Positions 40,537 through 49,428 of a stretch of DNA of 64,000 nt are shown here, piece after piece. The notes beneath the pieces were generated by a model that searched no databases, was not told the DNA's origin, and was given only the letters and a program-made list of their open reading frames with translations. Location of the stretch: positions 1,056,001 to 1,120,000 of the forward strand of contig CBDCXL010000002.1 of assembly GCA_965223795.1 (NCBI GenBank). The letters run 5' to 3'. A program made the translations under genes and the position numbers. The stretch is from Nitrospinales bacterium. GTDB taxonomy: Bacteria > Nitrospinota > Nitrospinia > Nitrospinales > VA-1. Each line of letters opens with the position of its first letter. Within the stretch, counting starts at the first letter, position 1.

Positions 40537-41745
40537 ATGGCACGCAGCAAACGGAAGGTGAAGAGCAAAACGAAAACCCCGGCGCGGCGCGGCAAAGCAA
40601 AGCCGCGTGCCAAAACGCAAAAAAAGCTGCGGGTCCTGGTCGGCACGCGCAAGGGAGCCTGGATTTTTCACGGCGACGCGGCGCGCAGGACCTGGAAGGT
40701 GAGCGGCCCGCATTTTCTCGGTCAGATCATCAACCACATGGTGCTCGACCCGCGCGACGGGCGGACGCTTCTGGCCTCGGCAAAAACCGGGCATCTCGGA
40801 CCGACGCTGTTCCGTTCGACCAACTTCGGCCGCACCTGGCAGGAAGCCAGCCAGCCGCCGGCCTTCGCCAAACCGGCGAACGGTCTTCAGGGCCGGTCGG
40901 TCGATCACACCTTCTGGCTCGAACCCGGCCCTGCCAGCGAACCTGACGTCTGGATCGCGGGAACCTCTCCGCAAGGCCTGTTCCGCTCGGAAGACGGCGG
41001 AGACCGCTGGGAGCCGTTCTCCACCATCAACGACGATGCGCAATTCCGCGCCTGGATGGGCAGCGTGCAGGACGGCACGCCCGACGGCCCCAAGCTGCAT
41101 TCGATCCAGATCGATCCCAGAGATAAGAATCACATTTATATCGCCATGTCGGGCGGCGGCGTGCATGAATCGGTGGACGGAGGCGACAGCTGGTCCACGC
41201 TCATCGACGGTCTGGACGTGGTGGAAGGGTTCGACCGCGCCGACGCCGCCTTTCACGATCCGCACTGCATGCGCCTCTGCCCGTCGATGCCGGACCGGTT
41301 GTACCAGCAGAATCATTGCGGGATCTACCGGCTGGACCGCCCGTCCGACACCTGGGTGCGCATCGGCAAAAAGATGCCGAAGAAAACCGGCGACATCGGT
41401 TTTCCCCTGGTGCTGCATCCGCGCGACGCCGAAACGTTGTGGGTCTTTCCGATGGATGGGACCGAAGTCTGGCCCCGCACCAGCCCGCAGGGCAAGCCCT
41501 CTGTGTACGTCTCGCGCAACGGCGGCAGGACCTGGAAACGTCTCGATTCGGGCCTGCCCGAAAGCCAGGCCTGGTGGACCGTCAAACGCCAGGCGATGAC
41601 GGCGGACGCACAGGACCCGGTGGGCCTGTACTTCGGCACCACCAGCGGAGAATTGTGGATGAGCCGCAACGAAGGCGAACGCTGGACCTGCATGGCCCGG
41701 CATCTGCCGGAGATCTACTCGGTCGAGACCGCGGAAGATTCCTGA
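40537..41745 (+). CDS. BNR/Asp-box beta-propeller protein (usually annotated glycosyl hydrolase/sialidase-like), cytoplasmic
   Basis: Repeated SxDGGxxW/SxNGGxTW Asp boxes; HDPHC...YQQNHCG; no signal peptide. Confidence 0.88.
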   Translation: MARSKRKVKSKTKTPARRGKAKPRAKTQKKLRVLVGTRKGAWIFHGDAARRTWKVSGPHFLGQIINHMVLDPRDGRTLLASAKTGHLGPTLFRSTNFGRTWQEASQPPAFAKPANGLQGRSVDHTFWLEPGPASEPDVWIAGTSPQGLFRSEDGGDRWEPFSTINDDAQFRAWMGSVQDGTPDGPKLHSIQIDPRDKNHIYIAMSGGGVHESVDGGDSWSTLIDGLDVVEGFDRADAAFHDPHCMRLCPSMPDRLYQQNHCGIYRLDRPSDTWVRIGKKMPKKTGDIGFPLVLHPRDAETLWVFPMDGTEVWPRTSPQGKPSVYVSRNGGRTWKRLDSGLPESQAWWTVKRQAMTADAQDPVGLYFGTTSGELWMSRNEGERWTCMARHLPEIYSVETAEDS

Positions 41746-41785
41746 TGCCGTTTCATCCTGTCGCGCAACTCGTTTGGGTGAATTC

Positions 41786-42043
41786 ATGAAAGTGCTGATT
41801 CCCACTCCATTGCGTTCCTACACCCGCGACGATCGTGTCGAAGCGGAAGGTTCGACGCTGGCGGAACTGCTGGAAAATCTCGACCGCCGCTACCCCGGCC
41901 TGCGCTTTCGCATGATCGACGAGCAGGACCACATCCGCCAGCACATCCGCATCTTTGTCAACGGCGAGCAGGAGTTCGACCTGGCGCGCCCGCTGAACCC
42001 GGACGACGCCGTGGACATCGTGCAGGCGTTGAGCGGCGGCTGA
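41786..42043 (+). CDS. MoaD/ThiS ubiquitin-like protein
   Basis: IPTPLRSYT, RYPGLRFR, IFVNGE, C-terminal ALSGG. Confidence 0.92.
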   Translation: MKVLIPTPLRSYTRDDRVEAEGSTLAELLENLDRRYPGLRFRMIDEQDHIRQHIRIFVNGEQEFDLARPLNPDDAVDIVQALSGG

Positions 42044-42156
42044 AAGACGCGGCTTCCACTGCAGAAGCAATACGCATTCCTTTGCGGCGCCACTCTCCAA
42101 CGCGCGCCGGTCCGCCTGAATCCGTCGCGGCGCGCAACCCGTTTTCCAAAAAAATT

Positions 42157-43554
42157 TCAGCGTTTGAGTTTTTCCTTAAGCTCTTCGGCGGGATAGGTGA
42201 GGATTTCCGACAGCGTGGGATGGTAGTGCGGCATGGCGGCCAGGTCGTGCACGCTGCCGTTGAAGTGCATGAGGGTGATCATCTGGTGGATCATCTCCCC
42301 CGCTTCGGGACCGACGATGTGCGCGCCGATCACCTCGCCGGTATCCGGGCGGCACAGGATCTTGACGTGGCCGTGCAGCTCTCCCATGCAGATGGATTTG
42401 CCGTGGTCGTCGAAGGGATACGATGCGCTGAGGTACTCAATCCCGTGTTTGCGGCAGTCTTTTTCAGACAAGCCGACGCTGGCGACGGTGGGATCGGTGA
42501 ACACGATGCTGGTCTTCAGGCGCTCGTCATAGCGGCGCGGCGGGCGATCGGGATGCACGGCGTTGTGGGCGGCGATCTCGCCCTGCTCGATGGCCACGTG
42601 CACGATCTCCTGCAATCCGTTGACGTCGCCGACGGCGTAGATGTGCGGCTGCGCGGTGCGCAGGGTGTCGTCCACGGCGATGCGGCCGTGATTCAAGGTC
42701 ACGCCCGCCGCTTCCAGGTTGAGTCCCGCGACGTTGGGCTCGCGGCCCAGCGCCTGCAGGATGACCTCCGCCTCGACGGTTTTTTCCTCGCCGTGATGCA
42801 GAAACGTCACCGCGCTCGCGCTGCCGTTTTTGTGCGCGTTCAACAGACGCGTGGAGGTAAACACCTGCATGCCCTCTTCCCGGAAGCGGGCCTCCACCGG
42901 CCGGGCCAGGTCCTCGTCGCCGCCGGACAGGATGTGGTGGCTGCGCTGCACAAGGTGCACGGCGGTGCCGATGCGGGAAAAAAACTGCGCCAGCTCGACG
43001 GCCACCGGGCCAGCCCCCAGGACGATCATGGAGGCGGGCGCCTGTTTCCATTGGAGCACGTCGTCGCTGGTGACGTAGCCGGTTTCCTCGAGTCCTGGAA
43101 TGGGAAAGCGGGCGATGACGGAACCTGTGGCGATGATGAAGCTTTTGGCGCTCAGCACGCGTTCGCCGACGCGCACTTCGTGCGGAGATACGAACGCGGC
43201 GGCCTGTTCGATCAGAGTGAAACGCGGATCGTTGAGCTGCCCGATTCGATACCGGGTGAACTCGCCGATGATTTGGTCCTTGCGGGCGTTGATGGCGGCG
43301 AGGTCGGCGCCGGGCTCGACGGCGGACAGGCCGAATTCGGGCGCGCGGCGCAACAGCGCCATCACGTCGGAGGAACGCAGCAGGGTTTTGGTGGGCATGC
43401 AGCCGCGCAGGATGCACAGGCCGCCCAAAGGGCCGGGATCGGCGATGGCGACGCGGGCGCCCGCAGACTGCGCGGTACTGGCCGCGGCGTAGCCCGCGGA
43501 ACCGCCGCCCAGAACCAGCACATCGAAATCGTGGGTTCCCGCGGAAGAACTCAT
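42157..43554 (-). CDS. Dihydrolipoamide dehydrogenase-like flavoprotein disulfide reductase
   Basis: GGGSAG, GGLCILRGCMPTK, GAGPVAVE, HYHPTLSE. Confidence 0.88.
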   Translation of the reverse strand: MSSSAGTHDFDVLVLGGGSAGYAAASTAQSAGARVAIADPGPLGGLCILRGCMPTKTLLRSSDVMALLRRAPEFGLSAVEPGADLAAINARKDQIIGEFTRYRIGQLNDPRFTLIEQAAAFVSPHEVRVGERVLSAKSFIIATGSVIARFPIPGLEETGYVTSDDVLQWKQAPASMIVLGAGPVAVELAQFFSRIGTAVHLVQRSHHILSGGDEDLARPVEARFREEGMQVFTSTRLLNAHKNGSASAVTFLHHGEEKTVEAEVILQALGREPNVAGLNLEAAGVTLNHGRIAVDDTLRTAQPHIYAVGDVNGLQEIVHVAIEQGEIAAHNAVHPDRPPRRYDERLKTSIVFTDPTVASVGLSEKDCRKHGIEYLSASYPFDDHGKSICMGELHGHVKILCRPDTGEVIGAHIVGPEAGEMIHQMITLMHFNGSVHDLAAMPHYHPTLSEILTYPAEELKEKLKR

Positions 43555-43567
43555 GCGCGCGGCGCCG

Positions 43568-44098
43568 CTAAAGGGTGCGGCATTCTTCTTCGGTGAGGCC
43601 GAATTCCCTGGAGCATTCGTTGAGCAGATCGGCGGCGTTGTTCTCCATGAACGTGTCACCCAGTTTGTTGAACAGGTCGCGCGCGTGGATCAGGTGGTGG
43701 ATGGTTTCCTTGCCCCGCTTGATGGAGTAGTACAGCATGGCGAGGTTGCTGTGGGCTTTGGCGAATTCGGGGTTGATGCGCAGCGCTTCTTTATAATGAT
43801 TGAAGGCTTCATCGGTTTCGCCGATCAGGTTGCTCACGACGGCCAGGCTGTAATGCACCATCGGGGCTTCGGGCTTGACCCTGAGAGCCTGCCGGAAGCA
43901 CTTGGACGCCTCCAGGTTCATGCGCACCTTGCCGTAACGGATGCCCAGATTGAACTGCGCCAGGAAGTGGTCCGGGTCCAGGCTCACCGCTTTCTTGTAC
44001 GCTTCCATCGCGGCCCCGTCGTCGCCGGCGCGGCCCGCGGACAATCCTTCCTGAAACCAGTCTTCTGCGGTTTTCGTGTCTTGGGATTCAGATGTCAT
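43568..44098 (-). CDS. TPR repeat protein
   Basis: AQFNLG, VHYSLA, AHSNLA repeats at 34-aa spacing. Confidence 0.88.
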   Translation of the reverse strand: MTSESQDTKTAEDWFQEGLSAGRAGDDGAAMEAYKKAVSLDPDHFLAQFNLGIRYGKVRMNLEASKCFRQALRVKPEAPMVHYSLAVVSNLIGETDEAFNHYKEALRINPEFAKAHSNLAMLYYSIKRGKETIHHLIHARDLFNKLGDTFMENNAADLLNECSREFGLTEEECRTL

Positions 44099-44346
44099 GG
44101 TTCTTTCTTGAAAAGAAGCTCGGGCGAGCTTTAAAGTGTCGAAATTGAATTCTGAGTGGGGTCTATGCTACCTTATTGCCGCCCTGGAATGCAACCGGGC
44201 GCGGGCCGGGAAGCTGTGCGGCCGTTGCCTGGTTTGCCCGCGGCGGCAAGGCCGGAGAACACAGTGGAATTCGCCGATCGGATAGAACCGGTTTTTCGGC
44301 ACCCACACTGAGGATTCATGCGAACGGTTTGAGGAATGAGGTAACG

Positions 44347-44616
44347 ATGGTAGAGAAAGGATCGGAAGAAGAGCGGCTGCTGCTGGGCCGCTGGATCAAG
44401 ATGGGTCAGGGACTCATCGTGGCGGGATCGGCGCTCGGGGAATCCTATCTGGATCCCAATATCAAGCGGCCTGAGGATGTCGAGGAAAAATCGCAGAATT
44501 ACGTCCGCTACGATCACGAAGTCGCGGAAAAGCTGCCGCACTTCAAAGGCCGGTTCCGCTGGGACCTGGAAAAATATTACCGGGAAACCTTCGGCCCGTA
44601 CCTGCCGAAGGATTGA
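44347..44616 (+). CDS. Hypothetical protein (89 aa)
   Basis: GAGG RBS, ATG 44347, typical codon bias. Confidence 0.75.
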   Translation: MVEKGSEEERLLLGRWIKMGQGLIVAGSALGESYLDPNIKRPEDVEEKSQNYVRYDHEVAEKLPHFKGRFRWDLEKYYRETFGPYLPKD

Positions 44617-44703
44617 AACCGGCCCCGGCGGTCACTGAGACGCGGCAGCCCGGTTTCCGATGTTCTGATTTGAAACAAATCTAAAAATAAATTCACCGAT
44701 CGC

Positions 44704-45027
44704 ATGTCGCTTGTCAACCTGAAGGAATATGCCGAACCTCCGGAAGAAGGTTCCGGGGTGTTGGTTTCTTTCAAACATCCCTTCACAGATATCCCCTACA
44801 AAATCGCGCTGTTTCAGGTGCAAGGGACCTATTACGCCCTGCCCGATCAGTGCAAGAAATGCGGCGGCAGCCTCAGCCGGGGCGCGTTGAACGGCCTGTT
44901 CGCGTTCTGCAACAACGAGGAATGCGGCTGGAACCTCAAAAAGGGATTCTGCAAATTCGACCGCACGATGGTCACCCCCACCTACAAAGTTTCCGTCGAA
45001 GAAGAAGGCCTGATCATCAATATCTAA
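44704..45027 (+). CDS. Rieske/NirD-fold ferredoxin-like protein with non-canonical ligands
   Basis: IALFQVQGTYYALPDQC..CGGSLSRG...C.....GWNLKKG...TYKVSVEEEGLII. Confidence 0.75.
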   Translation: MSLVNLKEYAEPPEEGSGVLVSFKHPFTDIPYKIALFQVQGTYYALPDQCKKCGGSLSRGALNGLFAFCNNEECGWNLKKGFCKFDRTMVTPTYKVSVEEEGLIINI

Positions 45028-45233
45028 CAGGGTCAGCATGCCGCTGGCCCAATACAACGTGCGATGGATTTTCCTGAACGCGTTCCGGTCTTGCCGCATT
45101 GGGTACGAGCTTTCTTTCCCCCCTCCCCGTCAGGAGACTTTTGCAATCGTTCTTCTCTCTGCATGCTGAGCACTTCGCCCTTCGATAAGCTTCATTCGAT
45201 AATGCGTTCCCTCATCCAGCGCGCCGGGCAGGT

Positions 45234-46676
45234 TCAGCGCCGCCAGGCGTGGACTTTCTGTAAAAAGTTCAGCACGCCCTGGGGTGCGTGGGCTTTTTTC
45301 CATTCTCCGGCAGCGAATTTGTTGGCCTCGGCCATGGTCGGGTAGATGTGGATGGTGCTCAGGATGTCGTTGAGGCCGAGCCCGTGCTTCATGGCGGACA
45401 CGTACTCGGCGATCAGGTCGCCGGCGTGGTAACCGAGGATGGTGACGCCGAGGATCCTGTCCTTGCCGCGCTGGGTGAGCACCTTGACGACGCCGTGGTC
45501 CTCGCTGTCGGCGATGGCGCGGTCGAGGTCGTCGATGCCGTAGCGCGTGACTTCGTAATCGATGCCCTGCTGTTTCGCCTCTTTTTCGTTGACGCCCACA
45601 CGGGCCACCTCCGGATCGGTGAAGGTGCACCAGGGAATGACGCGGTAGTCGACCTTGAATTTCTTGAGCGGGCTGAACAGGGCGTTGACCGCGCAGTACC
45701 AGGCCTGGTGCGCCGCGGTGTGGGTGAACTGATACGGCCCGGCGACATCGCCGCAGGCGAAGATGTTGTCGTGGGTGGTGGTGCGCAGGTATTCGTCCAC
45801 CTCGATGGTGCCGCGTTGAGTGGTCTTCACGCCGATCTCCTCCAGCCCGAAGCCTTTGGAGTTGGCGGCGCGGCCGAGCGCCAGCAGCAGCCGGTCGAAC
45901 TCGACCCTTTCGGTCTGTCCGTCTTTGGTTTCGATGACGAGGTACTGCTTGCCGCCTTCCACCACCACCTCCTTGCCGGTGGCATTTTTACGCACATCGA
46001 CGCCTTCCGCGATGAAGCGCTTGCAGACGGCGTCGCTGATCTCGTCGTCCTCGCGGCTCAGGATGCAGGGGGCCTTTTCGACCTGGGTGACGCGCGTGCC
46101 CAGCCGGGCAAAGCATTGGGTCATCTCCGAGCCGATGGGGCCGCCGCCGAGCACCACCAGCTTTTCGGGCTGTTCGCGGATCTCCCACAGGTTGTCGGTG
46201 GTCAGGTAATCGACCTGATCGAGGCCTGGCAGCGGCGGCACGAAAGGCCGCGCGCCGGTGGCGATGATGATGTTTTTGGTGGTGAGGGTTTTGCCGTTGA
46301 CCTCGACCTCATGCGGCGAGAGGATTTTCGCCGCGCCGGTGATGCAGTCCACGCCGAGGCCGGTGTAGCGTTCGATGCTGTCGTGCGGCTCGACCTTCTT
46401 GATGACGTTCTGCACGCGCTCCATCACGTCGGCGAAATTGAATTGCGCCTCGGCGGAGGACAGGCCGTAATCCTTGTGCCGCTTGATGTAGGAAAGCATT
46501 TTGGCGGTGCGGATCAGCGCCTTGCTGGGAACGCATCCGGTGTTGAGGCAGTCCCCGCCCATCTTGTGTTTTTCGATCAGCGCCACTTTGGCTTTCACCG
46601 CCGCTGAAATGTAGGATGAGACCAGTCCGGCGGAACCCGCTCCGATCACGATGACGTTGTAGTCCATTTTGGCCAT
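45234..46676 (-). CDS. MerA-like pyridine nucleotide-disulfide oxidoreductase lacking the C-terminal CC pair
   Basis: GAGSAG, GGDCLNTGCVPSK, GGGPIGSE, YQFTHTA, HIYPTMAE. Confidence 0.88.
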   Translation of the reverse strand: MAKMDYNVIVIGAGSAGLVSSYISAAVKAKVALIEKHKMGGDCLNTGCVPSKALIRTAKMLSYIKRHKDYGLSSAEAQFNFADVMERVQNVIKKVEPHDSIERYTGLGVDCITGAAKILSPHEVEVNGKTLTTKNIIIATGARPFVPPLPGLDQVDYLTTDNLWEIREQPEKLVVLGGGPIGSEMTQCFARLGTRVTQVEKAPCILSREDDEISDAVCKRFIAEGVDVRKNATGKEVVVEGGKQYLVIETKDGQTERVEFDRLLLALGRAANSKGFGLEEIGVKTTQRGTIEVDEYLRTTTHDNIFACGDVAGPYQFTHTAAHQAWYCAVNALFSPLKKFKVDYRVIPWCTFTDPEVARVGVNEKEAKQQGIDYEVTRYGIDDLDRAIADSEDHGVVKVLTQRGKDRILGVTILGYHAGDLIAEYVSAMKHGLGLNDILSTIHIYPTMAEANKFAAGEWKKAHAPQGVLNFLQKVHAWRR

Positions 46677-46818
46677 GATTCTGTTTCCCGTTGAATTGCC
46701 GGTTGTGGTATTGGAATGCGCTTCCTGTTGATATCACGAATGGAGTCGCTCAAGGGAATGAATCATTACAAAAAACGAATTCACGCCGTCCGTCTGGCGG
46801 AATCCGGTGCGCGGGTTT

Positions 46819-49308
46819 TCAGCGTGAGCTGGAGAAAAAGATGCCGAGATGGATCTTGAAGGCTTTTTCGTAATAGCCCTCTTTCCAGTGGATGGCGAGC
46901 TGGACCTGTTCCTTGGTGAGGTTCTGCGCGTCGTAAAAGACGGTGTTGGACACTTCGGCGTTGGTGAGATCGGCGTCCTTGAAATCGACGCCGGTCAGGT
47001 CAGCCGATTCCAGGTTGGTCTCGCGCAGGTCGGCGCCTGTGAGGTTGGCGTTGGTGAGATCGGCGCCGGAAAGATCGGCGAAGCGCAGGTCGGCGCCGCT
47101 CAGGTTGGCGTCCCGCAGGTTCGCGCCTTTGAGCTGCGCGAGGTGCAGGTTCGCGCCCACCAGGGAGGCCCCCCTGAGCTTGGCGTTATCCATGAACGCC
47201 GCTTCGCCGAGAAGGTAGTTCAGGTTGGCGCGTTCGAGCTTGGCGCCGCGCACCCATTTGAGGCTGTTCGGGTCGTCGGGATCGTAATTCACCGGTTTGA
47301 CGGAAACGTCGCGCTGGGAAAGGTTGGCCTTGAGCCGGTCGAGCAGGCCTTGCGGCAGCTTTTTGTACTCGGGCAGCGCGCCGAAAGCGTTTGCGGGAAT
47401 CCAGCCGTCCTGCCACGGCAGCAGTCTGAGTTTCACGCTCGGGTCTTTCAGGTTGCCCTCGATGGCCTTGTGGGACAGGGTCGCGGTGACGGAAAGCACG
47501 GGCAGCACGATGAGCAGGGTGATGACCAGCACGCTCCAGGCGGGCAGCTGTCTGTTGCGCAGGGTCTGCTTGGCAAGCAGATGCAGCGCGATGGCGAAAA
47601 AGATGGACAGGACGAGCAGCATGATCTGCAGGCGCGTGCCGGTCCAGTCGTGACGGTTGAGGTAGCGCATCCAGAAGGCCGCGAGCAGCATCGGCAGGGC
47701 GTACCAGCACATGGTCACCACCAGCAGGTTGCGCAGCCGGTTGAGCACGGCCTCCAGGCTGAGGTTGTCTTTCAAAACGGTGAGGAAACGCCTGCGCTTG
47801 TTTTTGCGTGTGGAAAAATTCCGCACCCAGGTGTTCAAAAGCCAGGGGTAGATCTTTTCATCGAGCGGCGTGCCGTCTGGAAACACCGCCGGCAGTTTGG
47901 AGATGAGCCGCCATTGATGCTGCAGCTGCAGTTGAAAGTACAGGTACAGTCCGAGCAGGATCACCGGCGCGAAGAAATAAAAACCGGCGATGGGAAACGG
48001 CGTCTGGATGACGGGCAGCGGCGAGGTGGTGGCGTTGGTCAACAGCCGGATGTCGTCGGTGGCGGCGATGGTCAGGCCGGAAAACGCCATGCCGGCGATG
48101 AGCCAGGCGTACAGCTTGCGCGCGATGAGCGAAGCCTCGGACACCGCCTTGAGTCCGTCGAAGGCGCGGATCTCCTCGGGCAGCTCCGCGTTGGTGACCA
48201 CCGCGCCGCCCAGGTGCATGCCCGCCGTTTTGGTGCCGCTCAGACCGGCGCGGATCAACAGCGCATTGCGGAAATTCGTGCCCGTGAGGTCGGCGCGCGT
48301 CAGATCGGCGTCGGTGAGGTCGGCGCCGGTCAGGTCGGCGTGCGCCAGGTTGACCTTTCCCGGCACTTCCAGGTCGAGCTGCGTGCGCGACAGGTCCGCC
48401 CCCATCAGCCGGCAGCGCGACAGGTCCGCCGCCTCGAGCCGGGCGTTCCGGAGACAGGAGTCGCGCAGGTCCGCGCCGGTGAGTTTCGCGCCCGAGAGGT
48501 TGGCCTTGTCCCACTTGGAATGCCTAAGGCTCGCGCCGGTCAGATCGGAAAAAGCCAGGTTGGCGCGCGACAGATTGGTTTCCTTCATCACCGCGTCGCG
48601 CAGCCGCGTCATCTGCAGGCTGGACTGGGTGAGGTCGGTCTTGCACAGATTGGCCGCGGTCAGATCGGCTTCCTGCAGCGTCGCCTCGGACACGGACGCA
48701 CCGGAAAGGTTGGCGCGCGTCAGCAGAGCCTGTTTCAGGCTGGCGTGGGTCAGATTCGCTTCGCTGAGATCGGCCCCGGTCAGGTCGGCCTTGTCCAACT
48801 GGGCGTGAACGAGCGAGGCTTCCGACATTTTGGTCCGCACCATCTGCGCCCCCTGCAGATTGGTGTCGTTGAGCACGGCTTTGGAAAAATCGGTTCCCGT
48901 CAGGTTGGCGGCGCCGAGGTAGACTTTGTTGAGCACCGCGCCGGAGAAATTCACGTTTTCGATGTCGGCGCCTTCCAGCAAAGCCTCATCGAGGCTGGCG
49001 CCGGAAAGGTCGGCGCCTTTAAGGGTCGCGCCGCGGAAGTTGGCGCGCCCGAGCCGAGCTCCCTTGAGGTTGGCGCCGGACAGGTCGACGCGCATGAGGT
49101 TGGCGCCGCTCAGGTCCGCCCCCTCGAAATTCACTTCGTACAGGTTCTGCCCGGAGAGGTCGGCGAACTTGAGGTCGTAGTTGCTGAAATCGGGCTTGCG
49201 CACCGATTCCGGGTTCAGCTGCCAGCGCTGAACCTCGCGCAGTTTTTCATCCCACTCCTGCCGCGTTACCTTCACTTTCGTCATCCATTTCTCTTCGGTC
49301 TCGGCCAT
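46819..49308 (-). CDS. Pentapeptide-repeat membrane protein (two repeat blocks flanking about 5 TM helices)
   Basis: A[DN]L[ST]x repeats at about aa 40-375 and 690-810; hydrophobic core at about aa 400-615. Confidence 0.92.
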   Translation of the reverse strand: MAETEEKWMTKVKVTRQEWDEKLREVQRWQLNPESVRKPDFSNYDLKFADLSGQNLYEVNFEGADLSGANLMRVDLSGANLKGARLGRANFRGATLKGADLSGASLDEALLEGADIENVNFSGAVLNKVYLGAANLTGTDFSKAVLNDTNLQGAQMVRTKMSEASLVHAQLDKADLTGADLSEANLTHASLKQALLTRANLSGASVSEATLQEADLTAANLCKTDLTQSSLQMTRLRDAVMKETNLSRANLAFSDLTGASLRHSKWDKANLSGAKLTGADLRDSCLRNARLEAADLSRCRLMGADLSRTQLDLEVPGKVNLAHADLTGADLTDADLTRADLTGTNFRNALLIRAGLSGTKTAGMHLGGAVVTNAELPEEIRAFDGLKAVSEASLIARKLYAWLIAGMAFSGLTIAATDDIRLLTNATTSPLPVIQTPFPIAGFYFFAPVILLGLYLYFQLQLQHQWRLISKLPAVFPDGTPLDEKIYPWLLNTWVRNFSTRKNKRRRFLTVLKDNLSLEAVLNRLRNLLVVTMCWYALPMLLAAFWMRYLNRHDWTGTRLQIMLLVLSIFFAIALHLLAKQTLRNRQLPAWSVLVITLLIVLPVLSVTATLSHKAIEGNLKDPSVKLRLLPWQDGWIPANAFGALPEYKKLPQGLLDRLKANLSQRDVSVKPVNYDPDDPNSLKWVRGAKLERANLNYLLGEAAFMDNAKLRGASLVGANLHLAQLKGANLRDANLSGADLRFADLSGADLTNANLTGADLRETNLESADLTGVDFKDADLTNAEVSNTVFYDAQNLTKEQVQLAIHWKEGYYEKAFKIHLGIFFSSSR

Positions 49309-49428
49309 GCCCCGCTACCTGATGGAATTTGGGTGAATTGAGGGGAGTTTAGCAGAATTTCGGCAGAAATGGACGACGCAAAAACACGATATTTCGAATT
49401 TTTCCTCACATTCGTCCCGCAATCCCGG

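Noticed and set aside
45234..46676. Mercuric reductase merA
   Set aside because: No C-terminal vicinal Cys pair, no HMA domain, no mer operon genes
48200..49200. 15-bp periodic DNA repeats
   Set aside because: They encode pentapeptide repeats; no constant repeat/unique spacer structure and no cas genes, so not CRISPR
46849..49341. Long antisense ORFs (830 aa here; also 8592..10454, 19638..21305, 60905..62704 and others)
   Set aside because: Shadow ORFs expected from high GC3 codon bias opposite well-supported genes
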